A stretch of DNA of 41,474 nt from Octopus bimaculoides (lineage: Eukaryota), in assembly GCF_001194135.2 (NCBI RefSeq), contig NC_068985.1, positions 88,228,298-88,269,771 on the forward strand. Direction: 5' to 3'. The notes below the pieces were generated by a model. It ran no database searches and was not told where the DNA came from. It saw nothing but the letters and a program-made list of their open reading frames with translations. Positions 26,733 through 37,445 of the stretch are shown here, in pieces. A program made the translations under genes and the position numbers. Each line of letters starts with the position of its first letter. Position 1 is the stretch's first letter.

Positions 26733-27332
26733 NNNNNNNNNNNNNNNNNNNNNNNNNNNNNNNNNNNNNNNNNNNNNNNNNNNNNNNNNNNNNNNNNNNN
26801 NNNNNNNNNNNNNNNNNNNNNNNNNNNNNNNNNNNNNNNNNNNNNNNNNNNNNNNNNNNNNNNNNNNNNNNNNNNNNNNNNNNNNNNNNNNNNNNNNNNN
26901 NNNNNNNNNNNNNNNNNNNNNNNNNNNNNNNNNNNNNNNNNNNNNNNNNNNNNNNNNNNNNNNNNNNNNNNNNNNNNNNNNNNNNNNNNNNNNNNNNNNN
27001 NNNNNNNNNNNNNNNNNNNNNNNNNNNNNNNNNNNNNNNNNNNNNNNNNNNNNNNNNNNNNNNNNNNNNNNNNNNNNNNNNNNNNNNNNNNNNNNNNNNN
27101 NNNNNNNNNNNNNNNNNNNNNNNNNNNNNNNNNNNNNNNNNNNNNNNNNNNNNNNNNNNNNNNNNNNNNNNNNNNNNNNNNNNNNNNNNNNNNNNNNNNN
27201 NNNNNNNNNNNNNNNNNNNNNNNNNNNNNNNNNNNNNNNNNNNNNNNNNNNNNNNNNNNNNNNNNNNNNNNNNNNNNNNNNNNNNNNNNNNNNNNNNNNN
27301 NNNNNNNNNNNNNNNNNNNNNNNNNNNNNNNN

Positions 27333-27375
<43 letters not shown>

Positions 27376-27519
27376 AACGAAGGATATTCAGTGACAATAA
27401 CAAATTACATATATCCAAAGTGGCTATCCATGTGATTTCTGAAATTTCTTGTTTCAAGCGCGTCCTTGTTCTTGATATCCATATTTTTCCTTAGAAGCAG
27501 CCCGATGATTACACTTCGT

Positions 27520-27705
27520 CACAAAATTTAATTTGTTTGATATTTGTCCTCATTTTTTTTTTGTCGTTAACACAACGTTTCGGCTGATATAACCTCCAGG
27601 TGTTTTGGGGAAATTTCGAACCTAGGTTCTCATTCCTAAGGCACTTTTCGATGTGTTTATTATTATTATTATTATCATTCAGTACGCTATATGCCATATG
27701 TCCAC
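27520..27705 (-). mobile_element. Family C element, inverted and internally deleted copy
   Basis: Reverse complement: gtggacatatggc (head start)..ctgaat(aat)n..catcgaaaagtgccttaggaatgagaacctaggttcgaaatttcccc..cagccgaaacgttgtgttaac..gaggacaaatatc; most of the tRNA part and the hammerhead ATGAAGGCTG are deleted. Confidence 0.9.
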
Positions 27706-27819
27706 GGGCATATGACGTAGTGGTTAAGAGCACAGGCTACCAAACTCGCGGTTCCGAGTTCGATTCCAGGCATTGACCTGAATAATAATAATAATAATAA
27801 TAAAAACAACAACAACAAC

Positions 27820-27863
<44 letters not shown>

Positions 27864-27864
<1 letters not shown>

Positions 27865-28510
27865 CCTGAACTTGCCCCATGATAAAAACTGGTGGGAACA
27901 CAAACCGCCCCCATTACTTGAAAATGAGCACATTGCACTCCTCTGGAACTTCACCATTCAAACCGAAAGAAAGATAGACGCAAATAGGCCAGACATCATA
28001 CTGAAATACTTCAGACAAAAGTCATGCCTCCTCATTGATATGACTGTCCCAATCGATATAAACGTATTTGTCAAGACCTACCTAAACTAAGCAAATATAA
28101 AGATTTTGAAATAGAAATTAGCAAAATGTGGAATCTGAAGACGAAAACAATACCTATTGTCATAGGTGCCCTGGGAATGACAGCGAAACGGGCTGATTAC
28201 TACCTAGCTCAGATACCAGGAAACCCCAAAATGGCTGAAGTTCAAAAGATAGTGCTCATGGGAACTGCCCATATCCTACGTAAAATACTGTCTATGTGAT
28301 CTCAAATTTTAAAGCAAACGCATAATTTTCTTATGGTTTCTTAAACATTCACTAGAACAAACTATACAAATCCAAATATATGGTACCCTAGGCATAACAC
28401 CTACATGAACTTCTAACTTGTTGTCTCTTGAGGTCTCTGGGTGAGACTTGGATCCAACTTGTACAAATGCAAAACTAAAGTCAAACATAAAATAATATTA
28501 ATAATAATAA
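27864..28510 (+). mobile_element. 5'-truncated RLE-type (R4/Dong-like) LINE with 3' UTR and (TAA)n tail
   Basis: HDKNWWEHKP..LLWNFTIQTERKIDANRPDII..CLLIDMTVP..(frameshift)KLSKYKDFEIEISKMWNLKTKTIPIVIGALG..GTAHILRKILSM* (stop 28297-28299), a classic RLE C-terminus; ~190 bp UTR. Confidence 0.93.
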
Positions 28511-28558
28511 CGTCGAAAGTACCTTAGGAATGAGAACCCAGGTTCGAAATTTTCCCAA

Positions 28559-28604
28559 GGCACCTGATGAAGGTTGGAGGATATATCAGCAGAAACGTTG
28601 TGTT
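28559..28604 (+). ncRNA. Minimal type-I hammerhead ribozyme motif (Penelope-like-element type) in family C
   Basis: ggcac-CTGATGA-a-ggttg-(gaggatatat)-cagca-GAAA-cgtt-gtgtt. Core intact, palindromic ACGT helix III, GUU triplet; the basal stem II pair is mismatched in this copy. Confidence 0.75.
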
Positions 28605-28749
28605 AACAACAAACAAGATGAGGACAAATATCCCTCAAGTGTAAATAATATAAATAATGTACATAATTCCTCATCTGTTAAATATAGAACTGTATGACAT
28701 ATATTCCATTACATTTAGCGACGTGTTGTCGAAGCAGAAATATCGTTAT

Positions 28750-28925
28750 AGCAAATAATCTTGTCAACACCACCGATTTGTTTGTCAGTTGCTTGGTTCT
28801 AACCATTTGAGCATGCCCATTGGTGGCTGACAATATGTGCATCTCTGAACGTGAGCAAGAGCAGAGGCGGACCATCTTAATCATGTGCTGTGAGGGATTC
28901 TTTAGGAGTACGCGGTTCAATAAAA
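28750..28925. repeat. Fragment of another interspersed repeat (unclassified)
   Basis: gtcagttgcttggttctaaccatttgagcatgcccattggtggctgacaatatgtgcatctctg resembles a common octopus repeat I recall; single copy here, unverified. Confidence 0.35.
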
Positions 28926-29831
28926 TTAACAAAAGCAAAGTTTGAAGGAACTGTTAACCAGTTTCCATATTCTCTAAGGGTAAGCACAGTGTGTGTGAGA
29001 GAGTTGATCGAGTGTAATTTGCTACATGTTAGCTGTTATATCTAACAAGTGTGGTGAACACATTTATGCCACCTTCCTTTAGTTTATACACTTTAAGCAA
29101 CTGTGATTGGCACATGTGAGTGTTGTACACGTAATCCCTGCACAATTCTATTGTCAGTAATAATGATTTTTCTGTTTTTTTCGATGTTGTGATGGGAGCC
29201 AATATTCCTCTCCGCAAATCATTTTCGTCCAATCACTGTACTACGGCTACGAAGGTTAATAGCTCATTATTAGTGATCAGCACAAACAGCCAGAGACTTT
29301 TCAATAAGGTTTAATGTGCAACAAAATGAATACATAAAAAGTTCCCTTGCAGTAACAATACAAGCGTGGTATGTATAGATCCACCAGAAAATGAATAGCA
29401 AATCGATACAAATTTAGAAGTCTGAATATACGCAAAATACAAAACGGGGTATGTAAAATCATTAGCTAACAAAGGATGAAAGGAGTTAGAATATGCACCC
29501 TGATGGTATCCTAAGCTTTATATATTTCAAATATCGTGTCCAGAGATTTAGTAGTATTTGGTGGAATTATATTGAAAACATCATCAGCTGATATTTGAAT
29601 CAATGACGTTCATCAATAAAGTGCTTAGAGAATTTCAGCTACCATAGCTTTTTTTTTATGGACGCCATTTAGAAACTTTTATTAATGGAGAACAGAGCCT
29701 GATGGGTTTAATACATTCACTATATTTATGCGACGTAATAAAATGCAAGCATGTATGAATGAATGCATGAATTCATATATTCACGTATGTATGTATGTGT
29801 GTGTGTGTGTGTGTGTGCATATATGTTATGT

Positions 29832-29862
<31 letters not shown>

Positions 29863-29932
29863 AAATATGTAATATATATGTACATTAATTATTTATTTAC
29901 TTATTTATTTATATGCAGAAGTTAATGATGTA

Positions 29933-30302
29933 GTCATAAGTGTGTCTATGTGCTAAAAAGTTTACTTTCACATCCACATGGTTTCGGGTTCAATTCTACG
30001 CTGTGGCACCTGGGGCAAATGATTTCTACCATAGCTTCGGCACGACCAAATACTTGTGATTGGATTTGAAGTACGGAAACTGAACGATGCCCGTTGTGTA
30101 CACATAAACGAGGAGGATATGAGTCTCTGCTTGTCCACCACCGTTTGACAAACGACATTAGGGTGTTTATGTCTCTGCAACTTAGTGATTCAGGAAAAGC
30201 GACCGAAATAATGCGCACCAGGATTTGGTTGATTTTCGTTCGGCTAACATTCTTTAAGATGATGTACAAACAGTATCTTAGCTTAATAAGTTAACCAAGT
30301 AA
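29933..30302 (+). mobile_element. SINE family A, old diverged copy
   Basis: ccacatggtttcgggttcaattc...gtggcacctggggcaaat...ggatttgaagtacggaaactgaacgatgcccgt collinear with 25338-25746. Confidence 0.85.
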
Positions 30303-30869
30303 TAGTCATATCTATATGGTTGTAAGTGTTTACGCGAACATCCCCACATACATACACGCACACACACTCATATATCTGCGATTGTGCATGTATAGGTAGA
30401 TAGATATATACATAGGTAGGTAATTAGACAGATAGCTATATATATCTAGAGATAGATAGATAGATAGATAGTATTGATGGCAGAGTTAAAACTTTGGTTC
30501 TTGGTGTACATTGCCGTCATCTGTAATGCGTACGCTTCTCGCTTTTATCTGGTTGGTGATTTGTATTTTCATAATATACTCCGTCAATACAGACACGGCA
30601 AAGAAATATGTTGCTACGAGAAGGAAGTCGGTTTGAAAGGATCAAGAGTGTTGCGAATGAAGATGCTTGTTAGTCACACAATTCCAGATGGAGGAAGTAA
30701 AAAGAATAAAGATTTGATGGTAAAATTGTTCAAACTGTTTGCAATGAGAGCGACAGAAAGATACAAAGTAGTGAGAAATCAGTTGAGATAAAAATTAAAA
30801 AAAGAATACATATAGCACCAAAATGAAAAATAATTTTGGATTTCGTGTATATAAACGTATTGCATCCCA

Positions 30870-30955
30870 TCTTGGGAAAGTGATTTCAATTATAGCCTCG
30901 GGCCGATCAAAAATTGTGAGTGGATTTGGTAGACGAAATCTGAAAGAAGTTTGTC
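30870..30955 (+). mobile_element. SINE family A, internal fragment
   Basis: tatagcctcgggccgatcaaaaattgtgagtggatttggtagacgaaatctgaaagaag. Confidence 0.85.
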
Positions 30956-31391
30956 ATACCATGATACCATGATTTTGTGTGGACTGGGTTTCCTGTCAAG
31001 AGGTCCGAGTTGGCAGTTATAGTATGTAAATTAGAAGCTGTATTTCTCAGAAGCTACAAGAATCAATGTTTATGTAAACGGACTGGACACTTGTTTGTCT
31101 GGTATTGGTCAAGTGATGTACATACGTCAGATGATTCCTCAATAAATGTAGAAAATCGATTGTGTTTGTTGTTTATTCTTTCACTCCACCTAACAATAGC
31201 TATAATTTGCCTTATTAGTATGTCTACAACCTTCATTTAAACACAGAAACAAACTCACACACACACGCTCAAACATAGAGTCGTGGGACATCTGTGCCCG
31301 ACATTCATGGAGACAAAGCAGACAATTGCTTTCATTCCAAGGCACTGTGCTTTCTCAAGGTGACCCTAGTAGGGAAATCGCTACTGTACGA

Positions 31392-31411
31392 GTGGGGTGT
31401 GCATGGTATTA

Positions 31412-31499
<88 letters not shown>

Positions 31500-31640
31500 A
31501 AATTAAAAGAAGTGTGCCATTTGCTATCTCGTGAACAATATTTCGACATCTTGCGTGTCTTCCACTGGTTCAAAAAATAAATTTGTCAATCTACTTCATT
31601 TTCGTTTCTATATTATTATTATTATTATTATTATAATTAC

Positions 31641-31739
<99 letters not shown>

Positions 31740-31836
31740 CATCATCATCATCATCATCATCATCATTAGCATCTTCACCATCATTATTGTTATTATTATC
31801 ATTATTGGTGTTGTTGTCATTGTTGTTGTTGTTGTT
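31392..31836. repeat. Two (ATT)n arrays grading into (ATC)n/(GTT)n
   Basis: Directly visible; forms the 3' flank/tail of the minus-strand LINE. Confidence 0.95.
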
Positions 31837-31837
31837 A

Positions 31838-32563
31838 TTTTATTGGCTTTGCACAGTTTCTAACCCTGAAGATATACTACGGTGTCAGCAGTTCACTACT
31901 AGTGAACTAAGGTAAAACACCTTATTTTTCGAGCACCATACGGAGTATTCTGCAAGTTCTCCACCTTTATTGCAGCCCCTATTTATTCTATGTACTTCTC
32001 AAGATTTTTACTCACTGTCCCCAGGGCTCGGACAATTATTGCTACTACTACCACCTTTTTCAGCGACCACAACCACTTAACCTACCAAGCTAACCTATTA
32101 TATGTATCGACATTTCGTTCTTTCTTATCAGATACCTCGTTGTCACCTGGGCATACTATATCTATGATCCAGCATTGTTTGCTTTCTTCCTCAATTAACC
32201 AAATTTCTGGTTTCCTATTCTCTTTCACATGGTCGCATTTAATCATAACATCCCATAGGATTATTCCATTATCATTATCGATGATGCCTTTGTGTTCATG
32301 TTCGTACCATATTTATTCCTCAAGTAGATATTTGTTGCAAAGTGGCCGACGGACAATCCTTGCTATATTGTCATAACACCTCTTACATCTTTTCCGGGTT
32401 AGTGGCGTATATTGACTGCTAATAAGTCATACGGTTTCACTAGTTTGTCCACCAATTCTGCACTTATCACTTTCTGATGTACTATCTATTCTGTATTCGA
32501 TGTAATTGGTTCTTAATGCTTGCTCTTGGGCAGTATATATTAGATACGCCGTTTCCGATTGTA
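31838..32563 (-). mobile_element. 5'-truncated RLE-type (R4/Dong-like) LINE, second subfamily
   Basis: Minus-strand translation QSETAYLIYTAQEQALRTNY..DKCRIGG..ETV..YDNIARIV..WYEHE..ILWDVMIKCDH..NRKPEI..CWIIDIVCPGD..YNRLAW*VKWLWSLKKVVVVAIIVRALGTVSKNLEKY; decayed knuckle plus RLE domain with in-frame stops. Confidence 0.92.
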
Positions 32564-32590
32564 TATTATTATTATTATTATTATTATTAA

Positions 32591-32633
<43 letters not shown>

Positions 32634-33088
32634 TAATTTCTATCATTATTATTAATTATATTCTTATTATTACTGCTACCATTGCTGATACTTCAGCTGT
32701 TATTAAACATATGTATATTTTTCTGAGTGTTAATCTATGTCTCTCATACCCCACTCCATTACAGTATCCGCATAATGAAGTGTACTTAGATTAACTGTTG
32801 GAACTGTTATCAGCGCATTTTGTGAGGCGTTAGTTATGGAAATCTGTGGAAGATCGTGCTAAATGTTGTTTTTGCTAATGCATCTTCCATGATTTTCATC
32901 CTAAGTATTCTTCAAATGAAACTATATCGAATTAATAATAATTAATGAAAATATCCTAACTGACATATGTGAAGTAACTGCATTTTATTCATGCAGTTGT
33001 ACATGCGTATGAATATAATGTAGATGCATAGACTTGTGTGATTATCTGTGCATGTGTATGCTGCAGAAGCATATAGATTCATACATAT

Positions 33089-33138
<50 letters not shown>

Positions 33139-33449
33139 ATATATGCCCCTGTATATCTGCCTATCTATTTCCTTATCCATGTATATAAGAAATGCCCCCA
33201 CCCCCATGAGTTTTGAGATTTATTTAGAAGACATAGAAGTTATAACTGTTCTAGATCATTGAAATTTTACAATTCTTGTAATAAGCTGGTCTGCCAAAAT
33301 TTGTTATTTAAAATTGAAAAAGACGGATATAACAACACTTCGAACGCAACCTATTACACGCTATTTCAGACTGTCGGGACGTGAAACCAATTTGAAAGTT
33401 CACAATTCAGACAAGTTCTATGTTAAACGGCGTAAAACACTAAAGAATC

Positions 33450-33975
33450 TTATAAATATCCAGACACGTTATCGAAAACGTATATTTGCAGAGCATGTTT
33501 TTCGGCGGTCTGCCACAGGAGGCCAGACAAAGTAAGTCCACTTTGCAGATCGGGAAGCTCATGATGATTTACTTTTTTGAGAAGAGGAACAATTTTTACA
33601 TCCAGTGGTTTCCCTCTGACCAGACGATTAATGTTGTGTATCTTGTGGAGATTTTGAAGGAGTTCAGGGAGAAATTCCTGCACAAAGGACCAGAACACCT
33701 GGATTGGGACAATTCGATATTTGTAATGAACTCCTTGACAGAGATGAGTATCCCCTTCTCTAGAGCACATACGCTGATCCTTGTGATGTTTGGTTATTCC
33801 CCAAGGCTGTGACAAGTGTCCTGGAAACCTTCACTTTGGATCACTTCCAAGGGATCCTTACGAAATGGCTGGAGATCTACAAGTGTGTTCAAGTTAAAGG
33901 ATCGTAGAATGGAAGAGAGGGAGTGTTTGCGCGTCTTTGAAATAGATAAATACCTTCTGGAATGAAACTTGTGAA
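33450..33975 (+). mobile_element. Decayed mariner transposase C-terminal region
   Basis: PQEARQSKS..KLMMIYFF..IQWFPSDQTINVVYLVEILKEFREKF..WDNS..(frameshift)DPCDVWLFPK..AVTSVLETFTLDHFQGILTKWLEIYKCV follows the mariner pattern KARxSKS..DNA..PCDFxLFPxL. Confidence 0.85.
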
Positions 33976-34001
33976 TATATCTATGTATATAATTTTTTTC
34001 A

Positions 34002-34145
34002 GTGGTAAGAAACTTGCTTCCCAACCGCATGGTTCTGGGTTCAGTAGAAATACTTAGCAACTTGGGCGAGTGATTTCTACTATATCTTCGCACAGACTGA
34101 AGTATTATGGCTGGATTTGGTAGATGAGAACTGAAAGAATCCCGT

Positions 34146-34147
<2 letters not shown>
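34002..34147 (+). mobile_element. SINE family A, 5' half running into (TA)n and a gap
   Basis: gtggtaagaaacttgcttcccaaccgcatggttctgggttcag...ggatttggtagatgagaactgaaagaatcccgtc. Confidence 0.85.
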
Positions 34148-34185
<38 letters not shown>

Positions 34186-35087
34186 NNNNNNNNNNNNNNN
34201 NNNNNNNNNNNNNNNNNNNNNNNNNNNNNNNNNNNNNNNNNNNNNNNNNNNNNNNNNNNNNNNNNNNNNNNNNNNNNNNNNNNNNNNNNNNNNNNNNNNN
34301 NNNNNNNNNNNNNNNNNNNNNNNNNNNNNNNNNNNNNNNNNNNNNNNNNNNNNNNNNNNNNNNNNNNNNNNNNNNNNNNNNNNNNNNNNNNNNNNNNNNN
34401 NNNNNNNNNNNNNNNNNNNNNNNNNNNNNNNNNNNNNNNNNNNNNNNNNNNNNNNNNNNNNNNNNNNNNNNNNNNNNNNNNNNNNNNNNNNNNNNNNNNN
34501 NNNNNNNNNNNNNNNNNNNNNNNNNNNNNNNNNNNNNNNNNNNNNNNNNNNNNNNNNNNNNNNNNNNNNNNNNNNNNNNNNNNNNNNNNNNNNNNNNNNN
34601 NNNNNNNNNNNNNNNNNNNNNNNNNNNNNNNNNNNNNNNNNNNNNNNNNNNNNNNNNNNNNNNNNNNNNNNNNNNNNNNNNNNNNNNNNNNNNNNNNNNN
34701 NNNNNNNNNNNNNNNNNNNNNNNNNNNNNNNNNNNNNNNNNNNNNNNNNNNNNNNNNNNNNNNNNNNNNNNNNNNNNNNNNNNNNNNNNNNNNNNNNNNN
34801 NNNNNNNNNNNNNNNNNNNNNNNNNNNNNNNNNNNNNNNNNNNNNNNNNNNNNNNNNNNNNNNNNNNNNNNNNNNNNNNNNNNNNNNNNNNNNNNNNNNN
34901 NNNNNNNNNNNNNNNNNNNNNNNNNNNNNNNNNNNNNNNNNNNNNNNNNNNNNNNNNNNNNNNNNNNNNNNNNNNNNNNNNNNNNNNNNNNNNNNNNNNN
35001 NNNNNNNNNNNNNNNNNNNNNNNNNNNNNNNNNNNNNNNNNNNNNNNNNNNNNNNNNNNNNNNNNNNNNNNNNNNNNNNNNNNNNNN

Positions 35088-35143
<56 letters not shown>

Positions 35144-35495
35144 GTGTGTGTGCGTGCGTGTGTGTGCCTGTATGAAAAACATATTTACTAAATGAGAAGC
35201 GTGCTTATAAAATAAATTCTTTCATATATCATTTTTAGATCATTCTCTCGGCCTAACGAAACTCCTCACACACTAAGAAATACACACACAAACCTACGCA
35301 CGCGCACATGCATACACACTCGCTAATAAACACACAAAGCACACACACCCTCCCACTGTGTGAGAGGTATACTGTTATAGATTGAACGTTTACGATTAGA
35401 AAGTGAAAGAGATAGACAAAAGAGAAAGAGTGAGAGAGAAATATTTTCTATCGCTGTTATGATTGTGAACTTTCAAATTTCCTATATAGAAGTAA

Positions 35496-35580
35496 ATGCT
35501 GTTGTATATTTAAGAGATGAGCAATTATCTACATTATTTACAATATTTACATTTGACGGATATTTGTTTGTTGTTAACAC
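35496..35580 (-). mobile_element. Inverted 3' fragment of family C
   Basis: Reverse complement gtgttaacaacaaacaaatatccgtcaaatgtaaatattgtaaataatgtagataattgctcatctcttaaatatacaacagcat matches 28600-28695. Confidence 0.9.
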
Positions 35581-35930
35581 ATGGGCATATGTCTTAGTTG
35601 TTAAGGTCGCGGTCTACTAACCCTAAGATTCCGAGTTCGATTCCAAGCAGTGACCTGAATAGTAATAGTAGTAATAATAATAATGATAATAATCATATTA
35701 ACAATAATAATAATAATAATAATTATAATAATAATAACATCGAAAAATACCTTAGGAATGAGAACCCGGATTCGAAATTTTCCCAAGACACCTGATGAAC
35801 GCTGGAAAGTATATCAGCCAAAGCGTTGTGTTAACAATAAATATGATGAGAACAAATATCCGTCAAATATCCGTCAAATGTCCATCAAATGGGGACACAT
35901 ATCCGTCAAATGTAAATAATGTATAGAAAC
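35581..35930 (+). mobile_element. Family C tRNA-headed element, uninterrupted
   Basis: Head with B-box gagttcgattcc (35633-35644), (AAT)n, body, hammerhead-like 35787-35832 (CTGATGA intact, GAAA mutated to AAAG), tail with repeated atatccgtcaaat. Confidence 0.92.
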
Positions 35931-36489
35931 AAAATTTGTAATTAATTTATTCAAATGCAATTTAAGAGAAATATTACAAAGCTTTAAATTTTGATAATTT
36001 TTCACGAGGAAGCAGGACTATTGTACGTGATTGCCGTGATGAAATGAAAGTAAAAATTCGAATAAAATTTAACAAAACTATAGAGTATGCCTGACACTTA
36101 ATAAATATAGAAAGAGAGTGAATGCCAAAGAGTACGATAAATATATTTATATACACAAAGAGTGTTTGGGGATAATAGATAGAGTGTCGGTGAATTGTAA
36201 ATCTTAAAGTGGTGTTATTTGTCTTACAAAAATATTTTTTATAATTATTTACGAACCTTATTTGTGGGACGCAGATTTGTTCCTTCTGGAAGGTGCACGG
36301 TTATATTGTGCTAAACGCACATACATAAATGCATGCACTTGATCGGCTAAGAGGGTAAAGATAATCTTAGAAACACCAAGTCTCGTAATTGCAGTTCCCT
36401 CGGGTTTCCTGATCGAAATCATTTATTCCGCTATTTATCAAGCTAAAAATATAAAAAAAAGGTCTTGTTTTCAGCTTGTCAAATGACGG

Positions 36490-36589
36490 AATAGTAGAAG
36501 ACATTTGCACAAGATGCCACGCAGTGAGACCGAACCCGGAAATAGGTGGTTGGTAAGCAAGCTACTTACCACACCGCCACTCTTGCGCC
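36490..36589 (-). mobile_element. SINE family A, 5' part
   Basis: Reverse complement ggcgcaagagtggcggtgtggtaagtagcttgcttaccaaccac...gggttcggtctcactgcgtggcatc. Confidence 0.9.
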
Positions 36590-36669
36590 TAATATGTTCA
36601 TATTTTTATATAAATATATATGTATATATGCTTCGCCCTGACTGATTGCTAGGCGCTAAAACTTTGTTT

Positions 36670-36826
36670 TATGTTCTCTCTCTGCTTATTTCTGTGTTCC
36701 TTTCTGTCGACGAGCATAGGCTCGAAGCGTGAAAGACTTTCTCACATCCTGAGCGTCAGACTAATACTTTTGTTTGTTGTTTACACACCCGTCTTTGTCT
36801 TTGTTTTTTTTTTCGTAACTTCCAAC

Positions 36827-36830
<4 letters not shown>
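36670..36830 (+). repeat. Penelope-like pseudo-LTR fragment with a degenerate minimal hammerhead (36700-36735)
   Basis: cttt-CTGTCGA-c-gagc-atag-gctc-GAAG-cgtg-aaag; a related tail occurs at ~12586-12640. Confidence 0.5.
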
Positions 36831-36874
<44 letters not shown>

Positions 36875-37445
36875 CACACACACACACACATACACACACA
36901 AGTAGAAGCGCGCTCGCAGAGAAAAATAAAATACTCATAGATATAGAAATATGTTAACAGACAACAAATGCAGCATACAAAAATTCAATGAACGAAACAT
37001 CAATGTCCTGCACATGATAACAATACCTCCATAGACTGGCACATTACTTCATGAGAGATTGATTGCATTCCATTTGTGAATATCTGTATTCCATGTGTAA
37101 ATTCAAGTTGTCAAGTCTATCTGTAATATTTCTTAAGTTAACACAGAGAAACGAGTCAACTGAAACTCTAGAATATGTCGATAGTTGCACATTATTTATT
37201 TCCCAGTATTTTCAGTTATTATTTATGGTAATAATATAAAATAATGGTTTGAAACTTTACTTCTGGTGATGTTGCTAAGACTATATTTAATTTTGTATCA
37301 TTGAGAATATATATTTGTTAGACGATCATAAATATGGTATGAATAATTTTTAGTAGTTTCTCGCATTATAACTGCTGTGAATGGAAAATCTCCGCTTCAT
37401 ATATTTCCTATAAGTAAAATTGCTGTTAGCGAATCTGTCTTTTCA

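Larger units (their letters stand above)
27706..28695 (+). mobile_element. Family C tRNA-headed short element, interrupted by a LINE inside its (AAT)n
   Basis: Head 27706-27780 with A-box tgacgtagtgg (27713-27723) and B-box gagttcgattcc (27756-27767); the body resumes at ~28510 and is collinear with the uninterrupted copy at 35581-35930. Confidence 0.92.

Noticed and set aside
26619-27457. Long ORFs of 234-355 aa (also 34124-35191, 2413-2748, 7679-8004)
   Set aside because: They consist of N-gap X residues plus dinucleotide repeats.
27706-27780. tRNA gene calls for the tRNA-like heads (also 13325-13399, 25338-25410, 35581-35655)
   Set aside because: They have A/B boxes but no complete cloverleaf acceptor stem or oligo-T terminator, and each continues into a repeat body; they are SINE heads.
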